Made by a program: the position numbers and the translations under genes. Shown piece by piece: positions 29,743 through 42,746 of a stretch of 64,000 nucleotides of DNA. The stretch lies in NCBI GenBank assembly GCA_963806265.1, contig CAWDXT010000030.1:21407-85406 (forward strand). The letters are read 5' to 3'. This DNA is from an uncultured Chloroflexia bacterium. GTDB taxonomy: Bacteria > Chloroflexota > Limnocylindria > Limnocylindrales > CSP1-4. The notes below the pieces were generated by a model. The model was given only the letters and a program-made list of their open reading frames with translations, did not search any database and was not told where the DNA came from. Numbering within the stretch: the first letter of the stretch is position 1; every line of letters starts with the position of its first letter.

Positions 29743-30797
29743 ATGCACCAGCGTTCACGCCACCTCCACCTCGTCGCCACGCTCGCGGCAGCACTCGCGC
29801 TGGCCGCCTGCAGCGGCAGCGCTGCGACCACGGCGCCAACCGAGGCCCCGGCCACGACGGCACCGACCGAAGCGGCCTCGATGGCACCCGAGTCGGCGAC
29901 GCCCATGGCCATGACCGATGTCACGTTCCGGCTCAACTGGGTGATCGCCGGCAACCACGCTCCGTTCTTCCTCGCCAAGCAGAAGGGCTTCTGGGAGTCC
30001 TGCGGGCTCAACGTGACGATGGCCGCCGGCAAGGGCTCGGGTGACACCGCCCAGCTGGTCGCCAACGGCTCGCAGGACTTCGGCCTGACCGACGCGGTAT
30101 CCATCTCGGCGTCACGGACCAAGGGCCTGCCGGTGAAGTCGCTGGGCGTCCTGTACCAGACCAACCCTGCCTCGATCGTGTCCTACAAGGACAAGGGGAT
30201 CACGACCCTCCAGGACGTCAAGGGCAAGACCTTCGGGGCCGTTCCCGGCGGATCGCCATACCTGCTGCTCAAGGCGCTGTTCAAGGAGCAGGGCATCGCG
30301 GACAGCGACTACCACGAGGTCACCGTCCCCGCGCCCGGCATCGCCCAGCTCAAGGCCGGGCAGGTGGACTTCATCACGTTCTTCGGCAACGAGGCCGCGA
30401 ACATCGACCCCAACGCTCCGAGAACCTCAACGTGCTGCCGTTCAAGGACTACGGCCAGGACATCTATGGCCTCGCGATCGCGTCCAACGACAGCTTCATC
30501 TCCGAGCATCCGGACGAGGTGCGCTGCTTCGTGTCCGGTGTGAAGCAGGGCCTCGAAGCGGCGCAGGCTGATCCGCAGGCCGCGCTCGACGCGTTGTATG
30601 CGGCGGCGCCCGAGACGAAAGACAAGGCCGACGGCATGGCCCAGCTGCTGGCCGGTGTCTGGGACTACACCGGAACGACCTTCCTGGAGCAGACCGCGGC
30701 CAAGTGGGATGCGACCCAGAAGGTGCTCGCGGACGCCGGGATCATCACAAACACGATCGAGCCCGATCAGTTCTTCACCAACGACTACCAGCAGTGA
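29743..30797 (+). CDS. ABC substrate-binding lipoprotein, NMT1/THI5-like; indel near 30420
   Basis: Lipobox ALAAC, Thr/Ala/Pro linker, FRLNWVIAGNHAPFFLAKQKG, GKGSGDTAQLVANG. Confidence 0.8.
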
Positions 30798-30805
30798 GGC
30801 ACGGC

Positions 30806-31736
30806 ATGTCCATCAACCTGCGCGGGATCGTTCCCGCGTGCGTCGTCACCTTCGACGAGGACGGCCGCTTCGATGAGGCCGCCTACCGTCGCTATCTTCA
30901 GTGGTTGCTGCCGCAGGGCCCGGTCGCGCTGGCGATCAACGCCGACACCGGCGAGGGTCCCCACCTGTGGCCCGACGAGCGCGATCGCGTCCTCCGGGTC
31001 GCGGTCGAGGAGGCCGGGGACGTGCCGGTGGTGGCCGGGCTGTCCGCCCAGTTCACGGCCCAGGCGGTGGACGAGGCGAACCGGGCGAAGGATGCCGGTG
31101 CGTCCGCGCTGCCTGGTGTTCCCGATCCCGGCCTACCAGGGCACACCGCTCGATCCCGCGATCCCGGTCGCGTACCACGAGGCGATCGCCCGTGGCTGCG
31201 GCCTGCCGATGATCGCGTTCCAGCTCCAGCCGGCGCTGGGCGGCGTCATCTTCTCCGAGGAGACGCTCGCTCGCATCGCCGCCATCGACAGCGTGGTGGC
31301 GCTCAAGGAGGCGTCGTTCGACGCTCGTCTGTACCTCCAGACGCGACGCATGATCGAGCGCCTCGAGCGCCCGATCGACCTGCTGACGGGCGACGACAAC
31401 TTCGTGTTCGAGTCCTTCGTGATGGGCGCCGAGGGAGCGCTGATCGGGTTCGGGACGCTGGCCACCGACCTCCAGGTCGAGATGGTCCGCCTCGCCCGGG
31501 AGGAGCGGTGGGCGGAGGCACGCGCGATCTGGGAGCGGATCCTCCCGCTTGAGGAGGTCGTGTACGGGCCGCCGGTCCGTGACTACCGGGCGCGCACCAA
31601 GATCGCGCTGCGCGAGCTTGGCGTGATCTCGTCCACCGTCATGCGACCGCCGCTGCAACCGGTGGCCGATGACGTCCGGGGCGCCGTGCGTGAGGCCCTC
31701 GCTGCGGCGGGGCTGCTGCCCGTGGGGGTCGCTTGA
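30806..31736 (+). CDS. DapA/NanA-family class I aldolase-like protein; indel near 31110
   Basis: GIVPACVVTFDEDG, NADTGEG, Schiff-base VVALKEAS, LLTGDD, GAEGALIG. Confidence 0.75.
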
Positions 31737-32492
31737 TGGGCGACCCGCTCGCGGGCCGCGTCGTGCTGATCACCGGCAGCAGCCGTGGGATCGGCGCAGA
31801 GATCGCCGTCCGGGCCGCCCGCGAGGGCGCCCGGGTGGCGATCCACTACCGTCGCGCCGCGGACGGAGCGGCCAGGACGCTGGAACGCGTGCGAGATGCC
31901 GGTTCGGACGGCGCGACGTTTGCGGCCGATGTCGTCCGACGGATCGGCCGCCGAGGGTCTTGTCATCGAGGTGCTCGACGCGTTCGGGCGCCTGGACGGC
32001 CTCGTGAACAATGCCGGACTGACCCAGGTCGGCCCGTTCCTCGAGATCGCGCCCGAGACCTGGGACGCGGTTCTCGCCACCGACCTGTCGGCCGCGTTCC
32101 ACACCTGCCGTGCCGCGCTGCCCTCGATGCTCGCTCGCGGCTCGGGGTCGATCGTCAACGTCGCGTCGCGGCTGGGTCAGATGGGGATCGCGGAGACCGC
32201 CGCGTACAGCGCAGCGAAGGCGGGCCTCATCGGCCTGACCCGATCGCTGGCACGAGAGGTCGGTCCGCGCGGCGTCCGGGTCAACGCGGTCGCCCCGGGC
32301 ATGATCGAGACCGAGATGACCACCGACCTCGCGGCGAGCGACGAGGGTCGCCGGCGGCTGCGCGACATGCCGATCGGTCGGTTCGGCCGACCCGAGGAGG
32401 TCGCCGACGCGGTCGTGTTCCTGCTGTCGGACGCGTCGTCGCTGTTCCTGGGCCAGACCCTCAACCCCAACGGCGGGGGGTACATGCCATGA
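31736..32492 (+). CDS. Short-chain dehydrogenase/reductase (FabG-like); indel near 31935
   Basis: ITGSSRGIG, LVNNAG, YSAAK, VNAVAPGMIET, GQTLNPNGG. Confidence 0.85.
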
Positions 32493-34096
32493 GCGGCCGA
32501 ATGGTGAGCGGCAACGAAGGCGCGACCAGCAAGGTCATCCCCGTCCGCGAAGCGGTCGCGCTCGTGCGCGACGGCGCGACGGTCGTCGTCGGCGGCTCCG
32601 GCGCCGGCCATGCGCTGCCGCAGCGCTTCATCGACGAGCTGGCCGCAGTCTTCGCGGAGACGGGCCACCCGCGCGACCTGACCACGGTTCGCGTGGTGGG
32701 CATCGGCGACTTCGCCGATCGCGGCTTCAGCCAGCTCGGGCTGCCGGGCCTTCAGCGCCGGACCATCGGCAGCAACATCGGCAACGAGCCGCGCCTGGGC
32801 GCGCTGGTCGAGGCCAACGAGATCGAGGCCTACTCGTTCCCGCAGGGCGTGCTATCGGAGCTGATGCGCGAGATCGCCGCCGGGCGCCCGGGCCTCGTGA
32901 CCCACGTCGGCCTGGGCACGTACGTCGACCCACGCCAGACCGGTGGCCGGCAGAACGCGCGCACGACCGAGGACCTGGTCGAGGTCGTCACGCTGCGCGG
33001 ATCGCGAATGGCTGCTGTTCCACGCGTTTCCCATCGACGTCGCCGTCATCCGTGGCACGACGGCCGACGAGGACGGCAACCTCACGATGGAGGGCGAGGC
33101 CGTCCAGGGCGAGATGCTGGCGATGGCCATGGCGGCCCGCAACAGCGGCGGGATCGTCATCGCGCAGGTCCGCCAGCTGGCCCGCCGTGGCAGCCTGCCG
33201 CCAGCGCGACGTCAAGGTGCCGGCGGCGCTCGTGGACCATGTCTACGTCGATCCGGACCAGTGGCAGACCTACATCACCCGCGACTCGCCGTACTACGCC
33301 GGCGCGCTGCGTCGGCCGGTCACCGACGAGCCGCCGCTGCCGCTCGACGTGCGCAAGCTCATCGCCCGTCGGTCGCTGCTCGAGTTCCCGCCCGGGCGCG
33401 ATCTGCAACCTCGGGCTTCGGCATCAGCCAGCTGATCGGCCGGGTCGCCTGGGAGGAGGGGATCACCGACCAGCTGGTGCTGACGGTGGAGCAGGGGATC
33501 TTCGGCGGCGTCCCGGTGGCCGGCAACGAGGGCGGCGCCGGGTTCAACTACCAGGCGATGATCGACCAGCCCTACATGTTCGACTTCTACGACGGCGGCG
33601 GGCTCGACATCGCGAGCCTCTCGTTCGCCGAGGTCGATGCCGAGGGCAACGTCAACGTCCACGCCTTCGAGGGCCGGGTGCGGGGGCCCGGCGGCTTCCC
33701 CAACATCAGCGCCCGCACGCCGCGGATCAACTTCGTGGGCACGCTCACCGCGCAGGGCCTGGAGCTGGAGATCGACGGCGGCGTCCGCGTCATCCGCGAG
33801 GGCAGCCTGCGCAAGTTCGTGCCCCGCGTGCGCGAGATCTCGTTCAACGGCCCGCTGGCCCGCGAGCGTGGCCAGCAGGTGCGGTTCATCACCGATCGCG
33901 CGGTGTTCGAGCTGGGCGATGACGGCCTGGTGCTGATCGAGGTCGCACCCGGGATCGACGTGGAGCGCGACGTGCTTGGCCAGATGGGCTTCCGCCCACG
34001 TGTCGCGGAGGCGCTGCGGACGATGGATCCCCGCCTGTACGCGACCGGTCCGATGGGCCTGGCCGCCGACTTCGCCGCCCACGCGGGGACGGGCCG

Positions 34097-34100
<4 letters not shown>
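32489..34100 (+). CDS. Family I acyl-CoA:acetate CoA-transferase (YdiF/Pct-like, single chain); indels
   Basis: YSFPQGV, THVGLGTYVDPR, ADEDGNL, NLG.GIS, LTVEQG (catalytic Glu), YDGGGLD, GGFPNIS, ITDRAVFEL. Confidence 0.85.
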
Positions 34101-34881
<781 letters not shown>

Positions 34882-34909
34882 GGCCGCCGCACACAAAGGA
34901 GCCTGCCCG

Positions 34910-35962
34910 ATGAGCAACGTCGGCCGATTCGGCGTCTTCCTGCCGTCCTACATCTGGGAGGGCGACGGCGCCGAACGCGCCCGGGGAATCAAGTCCTTCG
35001 CGCGCGAGGTCGAGGAGCTGGGCTTCGACTCCCTGTTCATCACGGACCACCTGCTCGCGGCCCGTCGCTTCTACTCCGTGAACTGGCTGGAGCCGCTGAC
35101 GAGCCTGGCCGTGGCGGCGGGCGTCACCGAGCGGGTCCGGCTCGGGACGTCGATCCTGATCATGCCGCTGCGCAACCCGGTGATCCTGGCCAAGGAGCTG
35201 GCGACGCTCCAGTTCCTGTCCGACAACCGGGTCATCCTCGGCGCGGGCGTGGGCTGGAACGAGGCCGAGTACGAGGCGGTCGGCGTGCACAAGTCGGAGC
35301 GCGGCCGCCGCACCGACGAGATGCTCGACATCATGATGCCGCTGCTCGAGGGCGAGACCGTCACCTACCACGGCCGCTACTACTCGGTGGACGACGTGTT
35401 CATCGAGCCGCGGACGGCACAGCGGCCCGAGCTCTGGATCGGCGGCGGATCCCAGCTGGCCGATCCCAAGTCGCCGGACCTGCCCCGGTTCGTCGAGTCG
35501 GTCAAGGCGCGCACCGTCCGCATCGGACGGCTGGATCCCGCGGCCGACCTGCCCGCCCGACGACATCGCCCGCGACTGGACGGAGCTCCAGGCCTACTAT
35601 CGCGAGCACGGCCGCGACCCCGCGACGAGCGCGTGGTCGCGCACGAGAACTTCCTCCACCTGGTGCTGACCAACGACCCGGCCAAGGCCCGCGAGGAGCA
35701 GCACCGCGCGTTCCTCAAGGTCATGAGCACCGAGCGCGGGCCGAGCAGTACCTCGAGTCCGTCTACCTGTTCGGCACGCCGGACGAGATCGTCGCCTCGC
35801 TCCAGGCGCGGGTCGACGCCGGGCGTCGAGTACTTCATCCTCCACACCATGACGCCCGACCCGGCGCAGCTCCGGCACTGGGTGGACGAGATCATCCCCA
35901 ACGTCACCTTCCCGCCCACCGCCGGGCCGGTCCGGCCGCGGTCGGCCCCGGTCGTCGCGTGA
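34910..35962 (+). CDS. Luciferase-like (LLM) flavin/F420-dependent oxidoreductase; indels
   Basis: GFDSLFITDH, EPLTSLAVAAGVTERVRLGTSIL...RNPVILAK, GAGVGWNEAEY, LWIGG. Confidence 0.85.
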   Translation: MSNVGRFGVFLPSYIWEGDGAERARGIKSFAREVEELGFDSLFITDHLLAARRFYSVNWLEPLTSLAVAAGVTERVRLGTSILIMPLRNPVILAKELATLQFLSDNRVILGAGVGWNEAEYEAVGVHKSERGRRTDEMLDIMMPLLEGETVTYHGRYYSVDDVFIEPRTAQRPELWIGGGSQLADPKSPDLPRFVESVKARTVRIGRLDPAADLPARRHRPRLDGAPGLLSRARPRPRDERVVAHENFLHLVLTNDPAKAREEQHRAFLKVMSTERGPSSTSSPSTCSARRTRSSPRSRRGSTPGVEYFILHTMTPDPAQLRHWVDEIIPNVTFPPTAGPVRPRSAPVVA

Positions 35963-35968
35963 CCGCCG

Positions 35969-36833
35969 ATGACCCGGCGCGTCGCGCCTGCTCGGCAAGC
36001 CGCTCCAGCGGCGCCATTCGCAGGTGATGCACGACGCCGCGTTCGACGCGGCCGGGATCGACGCCCGCTACGTCCTGCTCGAGCTCGAGCCGGGCGAGGT
36101 CGAGGCCGCCGTGGCCGAGGCGCGTGGCCCGGGCTGGCTGGGCCTCGGGCGTGACCGCGCCCTACAAGCGCGTCGTCGCCGGCCTGTGCGACGAGGTCGA
36201 GGACGGACGCCGGGCGATCGGCGCGGTCAACAACGTCGTGCGCACCGACGACGGTCGGCTGGTCGGGATCAACTCCGACGCGCCCGGGGTTCCGCGCCGG
36301 CGTCGAGCTCGCGATGGGCTTCCGATCCGGGGCGGCAACGTCGTCGTCGCCGGGGCCGGTGGTGCGGCCGACGCGGTCGTGTTCGCGTGCCTGCCGCGCG
36401 GGTGCGCGCCGGGTGACCGTCGGCAACCGGACGACCCGGCGCGGCCGAGGCGCTCGTGGCCCAGCTGCGACGGGCATCGGGCACACGTCGCTGCACGCCA
36501 CGGCGCTCGACGACGCCGCCTTCGACGAGGCGCTGGGGTCGGCGGACCTCGCCGTCAACGCCACCACCGTGGGCATGGTCGACCCGGGCATGACGATCGC
36601 GTGGACGCGCTGCCCGATTGGGCGACCGTGTTCGATCTCGTCTACGTCCCGCCCGAGACGCCGCTGCTCCGGGCGGCCCGGGCGCGAGGGCTGCGCGGCG
36701 GCAACGGATCGGAGATGCTCATCGCCCAGGCCGCGATCGCGTTCGAGCGCTGGACCGGCGTCGGGCGGCATGGCCGACGTCATGCGCGCGGCCGTCGCGC
36801 CGCTGCTCGCCGATCCGGCGCGCGGAGGCCTGA
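35969..36833 (+). CDS. Shikimate/quinate 5-dehydrogenase-family protein; several indels
   Basis: HSQVMHDAAF, VTAPYK, IGAVNN, INSDAPG, NATTVGM, FDLVYVP, MLIAQAAIAFERWTG. Confidence 0.8.
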
Positions 36834-36836
36834 CCG

Positions 36837-37711
36837 ATGCGTCTCGCGACGATCGTCGCCGATGGCGGCTGCCGTTCGCGCGGTCGTCGATGACGAGCGC
36901 GTGCTGCCACTGGTCGCGGTCGCCGGTGACGATGCCCCGCCCGACCGGCAGCGGCATCCGCGATCGCTGGCCGCCGGCGGGCACGCGGCCATCGGTCGCG
37001 TCCGGAGCTGGGCGGAGCGGCAGCCGGCGACGGCGTGGCAGCCGCTCGCCGACGCCCGACTCGGGCCGCCGTCCCGGACCCGGGCGCGATCTACACGGTC
37101 GGGCTGAACTACCGCGATCCCCGGCGCGCGCCGAGGCAGGCGCCGGACCGGCCGCTCGTCTACGGCAAGGCCGCCACATCGGTCGTCCGCCACGGCGCGG
37201 TCCTGACGTGGGACCGGGCGCTGACCGCCAACGTCGATGCCGAGGTCGAGCTGGGCGTCGTGATCGGCGAGCCGGCGTGGCGGGTGGCGCCCGCGTGACG
37301 CGATGCGCCATGTCTTCGGCTACACGTGCGTCAACGACGTCTCGTCGCGCGATCCGTGGCTCGACGGCGACCAGTGGCTGCTGGGCAAGTCGATGCCCGG
37401 GCTTCTGCCCGGTCGGCCCGTGGATCGTCACCGCCGACGAGCATCGACCCGGCCGAGCCTGCGCCTTGGCTGCACCATCAACGGCGAGCCGATCCAGGAC
37501 GGCACGCACCGCCGACATGCGGTTCTCCGTCGCCGAGGATCATCTCGTACCTCAGCCGGCACCTGGTGCTCCGGCCGGGCGACCTCATCGCGACCGGCAC
37601 CCCGGCCGGCTCGCAGGCGCCGCCCGGGACCGGACCGGCATCTCGAGACCGGCGACGAGGTCGTCGTGCTGGATCGAGGGCATCGGCGAGCTCACCACCA
37701 CCATCGCCTGA
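36837..37711 (+). CDS. Fumarylacetoacetate-hydrolase-family protein; several indels
   Basis: IYTVGLNY, LVYGK, DAEVELGVVIG, GYTCVNDVSSRD, WLLGKS, LRPGDLIATGTP. Confidence 0.8.
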
Positions 37712-37732
37712 CGACGAGCAAGGAGGCCGGCC

Positions 37733-38526
37733 GTGAAGCCCGCGACCGTGTTCCTGGGCGAGATGACGACGCTCGAGGTCGAGGCGTTCCTGCGAGAGCA
37801 CCAGACCGTGATCGTGCCGATCGGCTCGACCGAGCAGCACGGCCCGCACGGCGCCGCTGGCGACGGACGTCCTCGTCCCGACCGAGGTCGCCCGCCGGGT
37901 CGCGCCGCGGGTCGGGGCGCTCGTGGCGCCGGCCGGTCAACTACGGGCTGTCGTACCCGCATACCGGGTTCACGGGCGTCGTCCAGCTCCGGATCCCGAC
38001 GTTCATGGCCGTCATCGAGGACCTGTGCGCGTCGCTCGCGACCGTCGGGTTCACCCGGATCGTGTTCCTCAACGGCCACTACGACAACACGTATGCCATC
38101 GCCTACGCCTGCGCCAACGCCGCCGACCGGCCTGCCGGCGGGCGTGCGCGCCTTCCCGGTCAACTACTGGGACGGGATGACGCCCGACGAGGCGGCGGAG
38201 TACTTCGACCCGTCCAACGGGCTGCACGCCAACAAGGGCGAGACGGCGGCGGTGCTGGCGATCAACCCGGACCTCGTGGACATGGAGCGGGCGAACGTCG
38301 AGTTCCCGCCCTTCCCCGAGGTCACGAACGCGGCCGCCGTGCACACCGCGTTCTTCTTCTCGGCCCCGGGCTCGGTCTACCGCGCGACCCATTCGGGCAC
38401 CTGGGGCGACGCCCGCGAGGCCACGCCCGAGTTCGGCGAGCGCTACCTCGACGGTCGTCGACCGAGGCGACGATCCGGCTGCTCGACGACGTCGAGCGGA
38501 CGTTCGCCGCGATGCCGCCGCGCTGA
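37733..38526 (+). CDS. Creatininase-family cyclic amidohydrolase; indels
   Basis: VPIGSTEQHGPH, TDVL, FLNGHYDN, HANKGETA, GTWGDA. Confidence 0.8.
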
Positions 38527-38667
38527 GCTCGAGAGCCGCACGAGCCGCCCGGCGGACAGGTTGCCGCGGGGCTGGCAACGTCGGGACAGGGACTGACCCC
38601 GGCCGGACCCCGGCCGCCGGCAATCCCTTCCGGCGGTAGGCTGAGGCGATGATCAGGCATCGCACCC

Positions 38668-39591
38668 ATGAGCACCGTTGTCGTCGCCCTTCCCGATCTC
38701 CCGGAGCTGCGGCACCTCGGTGAGCTGCCCGACAGACGTCGAGGTCGTCCTTGCCCCGGAGGGCGGCCCACGCCCGACCTGTCGCGCGTCGATCTCGCCG
38801 TCCCCACCCGCTGGCTGCGGCGACCGCTGCTCGATGCGATCGGATCGCTGGGCCACCTGCGGGTGATCCAGACGCTGAGCGCGGGGTCGACTGGCTCGTC
38901 GGCCGGGTGCCGGAGCGGATCAGGTGTGCAATGCGCGCGGCGTGTACGACGTGCCGCTGGCGGAATGGGTTGTGGGCTCGATCCTTGCGATGCAGCCGCG
39001 GTCTCGTGGACGCGCGTGACGCGCAGGCGAGCGGCGAGTGGGTCGATCTCGTGCCGGGTGAGCTCGCCGGCCGGCGGGTCGTGATCCTGGGCTTCGGCTC
39101 GATCGGCGCGACCGTCGCTGATCGGCTGGCGCCGCTCGAGGTGGAGATCGTGGGCGTGGCGCGCTCGCCTCGGGACGGTGTTGCCGGCATGGACGAGCTC
39201 GACGGTCTTCTGCCCGACGGCCGAGATCCTGGTCGACCTGCTGCCGCTCACGAGCGAGACGGCGGGCTTCCTCGACGGGCGCCGGCTCGGGTTGCTGCCG
39301 GACGGCGCGCTCGTCGTCAACGCGGGCCGCGGCCGCACCGTGGATACCGAGGCGCTGGTGACGGAGCTGCGGTCGGGCCGGCTCCGGGCCGCGCTTGATG
39401 TCACCGACCCCGAACCGCTGCCCGCGGGCCACCCCCTGTGGGCGCTGCCCAACGCGCTGATCACGCCGCACATCGCCGGCGACTCGCCCGAGGCGGAGGT
39501 GCGGGCATTCCGGCTGGCCGGCGACCAGATCCGGCGGTTCGCGGCCGGCGAGCCCCTGATCAACCAGGTACCCCGCTACCTGCTGCGCTGA
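38668..39591 (+). CDS. D-isomer-specific 2-hydroxyacid dehydrogenase; indels
   Basis: [46 protein letters not shown]. Confidence 0.85.
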
Positions 39592-39638
39592 GCCGGAACG
39601 CTCCGGACGTCTGCGGCAAAGCCGACTATCGTCAACGC

Positions 39639-42600
39639 GTGCACAGCACCGCGTCCCTGGAGGCCAACGGCCCGCTCGCGTTCCTGTTCACTGACATCGC
39701 GGGCAGCACCCGGCTCTGGGAGCAGATGCCCGAGGCGATGGGCAGGGCGCTTGCCCGGCATGACGCCATCCTGCAGTCGGCGATCACCGCCGCCGGCGGA
39801 CAGGTGGTCAAGACCACCGGCGATGGGCTCATGGCGGTCTTCCCGGACGCCGCCAGGGGGGTGACGGCCTGTCTCGCCGCCCAGCGCGGCCTCGCCGCCG
39901 AGCCGTGGGGCGAGACCGGTCCGCTCCGTGTCCGGATGGGGCTGCACGTGGGCCGGGCGGAGCGCCGCGGCGACGACTACTTCGGCCCTTCGGTCAACCG
40001 CACCGCACGGCTCATGGCCGCCGGGCACGGCGGCCAGGTCCTGCTCTCGGCCGCGGCCGTCGCGCTCGTGGGTGAGCACCCGGCCGACGACGCCACGCTG
40101 CGGGATCTCGGGGAGTACCGGCTCAAGGATCTCGGCCGCCCGGAGCGGGTGTTCCAGCTGGTCCACCCGGCGCTGGACGACGCGTTCCCGCCTCTCGCGA
40201 CCCTCGACCACCTTGCCGGCGGCCTGCCGACCCAGGTTGGAACGTTCGTCGGCCGGCGCGCCGAGCTGACCGCGATCGAGCAGCGACTCGCCGACCGGGA
40301 CGTGCGCCTGGTGACGCTGACCGGCCCCGGCGGGACCGGCAAGACCAGCCTGGCCATCCGGGCTGCCGGCGAGGTCGCCGACCGGTTCCGCGACGGGGTG
40401 TCGTTCGTGGACCTCTCGGCCGCGGCCGACACCGAGGCTGTGCTGGTCGCGCTGGGCCGGGTGATCGGGGTTCGCGAGACGCCGGATCGGTCGCTCATCG
40501 ACGATGTCACGGACCGCCTGCGCGAGCGCCAGGTGCTGCTCGTGCTCGACAACTTCGAGCAGGTCACCGCTGCGGCGGCCGTGGCGACCGAGCTCCTCGC
40601 GCGCTGCCCGGGGCTGCAGCCTCCTGGTCACCAGCCGCGAGCCGCTGCATGTTCGGCCCGAGCAGGTGATCCCGCTGTCGCCCCTCGAGGTGCCGCCCGC
40701 GGGGCGGCGGACTCCCTCCGTGGACGAGCTGCGCCGCTTCGAGGCCGTCGAGCTGTTCCTGGACCGGGCGCGGGCCGTTCGTCCCGAGTTCGAGCTGACC
40801 GGGGACAACGCGGATGCCGTGGCGGACATCTGCCGCCGGCTGGACGGGTTGCCGCTCGCGATCGAGCTCGCGGCCGCACGCCTGCGGCTGTTCTCACCCG
40901 AGGCGCTTCGCGACCGCCTGGGCCGTCGCCTCGACCTGCTGCGGAGCTCCGCTCGCGACCTGCCCGAGCGGCAGCAGACGCTGCGCGCCACGATCGACTG
41001 GAGCTTCCGCCTGCTGGAACCGGGGGAGCAGCGTCTGCTCCAGGCGCTGTCGGTGTTCGATGGCGCAGAGCTGGTGGCGGTCGAGTCCGTGGTGGAACCG
41101 GTGGTCGATGGTTCGGGCGATCCCGTGGACATCATCGAGGCGCTCGGCGCGCTGCTCGAGCAGGGTCTCGTCCGCCAGGTGGAGATCCCGGACGGTGAGC
41201 CCCGGTTCGTGATGCTCGAGACCATCCGCGAGTACGCCGCCGAGCAGCTCGACGCCCAAGCCGATGCCGCGGCGGTCCGGCGGGCACATGCCGCGTACTA
41301 CGCGGCGCTGGCCGAGCGCCTCCGGCGCGACCTCGGGGGACCTGGCCGCGACCGCGTGGTCGACGCCCTGGCGCACGACGCCGGCAATCTGCGGATCGCC
41401 TGGCGATGCTGGATCGACGACCGGAATCTCGACCAGCTGACCCGGCTGGCGGACAGCCTGCTGATCCTCAACGAGGCCCGCGGCTGGTATCGGGACACCG
41501 TCGAGCTCACCACCGACCTGCTCGCCGTGCTCGAGGAGCGCGACGCCACGCCCGAGATCGCCACCCAGGAGTTCTCGCTGCGGATGAGCCTGGCCCGTGC
41601 CCTGATGGCGACCCGCGGCTTCACGCCCGAGGTCGAGCAGGCGTACTCCAGGGCGCTTGAGCGTGCCGGGCCCGGTCGAGGGTTGCGCGAGGAGTTCACC
41701 GTCCTGCGCAGCATGGCCAACCTCCACGTCCTGCGCGCCGAGTTCGGGCAGGGCATCGAGCTCGGCAATCGGCTGCTCGCGATCGCAGACGCCGAAGGCA
41801 ACGTGAACATGCGCATCGACGGCATGCTCGTGGTCGCCACCGCGCTCGTGTTCACGGGCCGGCTGCGCGAGGGACTGGCGACCCTGGACGAGGCGATCGG
41901 GCTGTTCGCTGCTGGCCCGCCGCGGGCGGTCGGCGTGCGACAGGGAAACGAGCCGCGCGTCGCCTGCCTCACGACGTCGGCCTTCTGCCTGTGGCTGTCG
42001 GGTGAGCCGGATCGCGCGGTTGCGCGCGCCGACCAGGGGATCGACCTCGCGAGCCAGCTCCATCACCCGTGGACCTCGGCGTTCGCGACGTTCCATTCAG
42101 GGTTGCTGCACCTGTGGCGACGCGAGGAGCACGTGGTGCTGGATCGCGCCACGCGCCTGCTCGAGATCGCCGACGAGTACGACTTCCGGATCTGGTCGGC
42201 GATCGGGTCGGTGCTGCTGGGCGCGGCCGAGACCAGCGTCGGTGATCGCACGGCGGGCCTCGCGCACGTGGCGGACGGCATGGCTGCCTACCAGGGGATC
42301 GTCTCGCCGCCGGTGTTCCTGCCGATGCTGCTCTACGTCAGCGCCCGATCGTTCGGGCGCGCGGATCGACCGGCAGACGGGCTCGAGACCATCCGCACCG
42401 CGATGGACATGATGGGCGGACCCGTGTCGCCCGGCGTGCTGTTCCCGGAGCTGGCGCTGGTCCAGGGCGATCTGCTCGAGGCGATCGACGGACCGGGATC
42501 GCGCGACTCGCGCGAGGCGCACGAGCTGGCGCTGAGGACGGCCCGGCTGCTTGAGACGAGGATGTCGGAGCTGCGGGCGCTGACCCGCCTGTGCCGGTCG

Positions 42601-42720
42601 GCGTCGGCTGCAGCGCGTCCTGAGCGAGCCGCGGAGCTGGCATCCGTTGTCGCGACGTTCACCGAGGGCGACGCGACGCAGGACCTGATCGAGGCGCGCG
42701 AGGTGCTCGCGACGCGCTGA
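39639..42720 (+). CDS. Class III adenylate cyclase + NB-ARC-like STAND ATPase + TPR protein; indel near 40620
   Basis: FTDIAGST, KTTGDG, DYFGPSVNRTAR; GPGGTGKT Walker A, LVLDNFE Walker B, LDGLPLAIELAA. Confidence 0.85.
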
Positions 42721-42746
42721 AGGCGGCCGGCCGCGACTCCCGCCGC

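Noticed and set aside
31733-33922. 729-aa ORF suggesting an SDR/CoA-transferase fusion
   Set aside because: Frameshift artefact; the SDR ends at 32492 with an ATGA overlap into the CoA-transferase
37733-38526. Mycofactocin MftE assignment for the creatininase-family gene
   Set aside because: No mftA precursor, mftB, mftC radical SAM or mftF in the window
35380-41225. Long Arg/Pro/Ala-rich antisense and alternate-frame ORFs (e.g. 35380..37518, 39576..41225, also 48432..50081)
   Set aside because: Expected shadow ORFs in very high-GC DNA; they lie opposite well-supported genes and have no motifs
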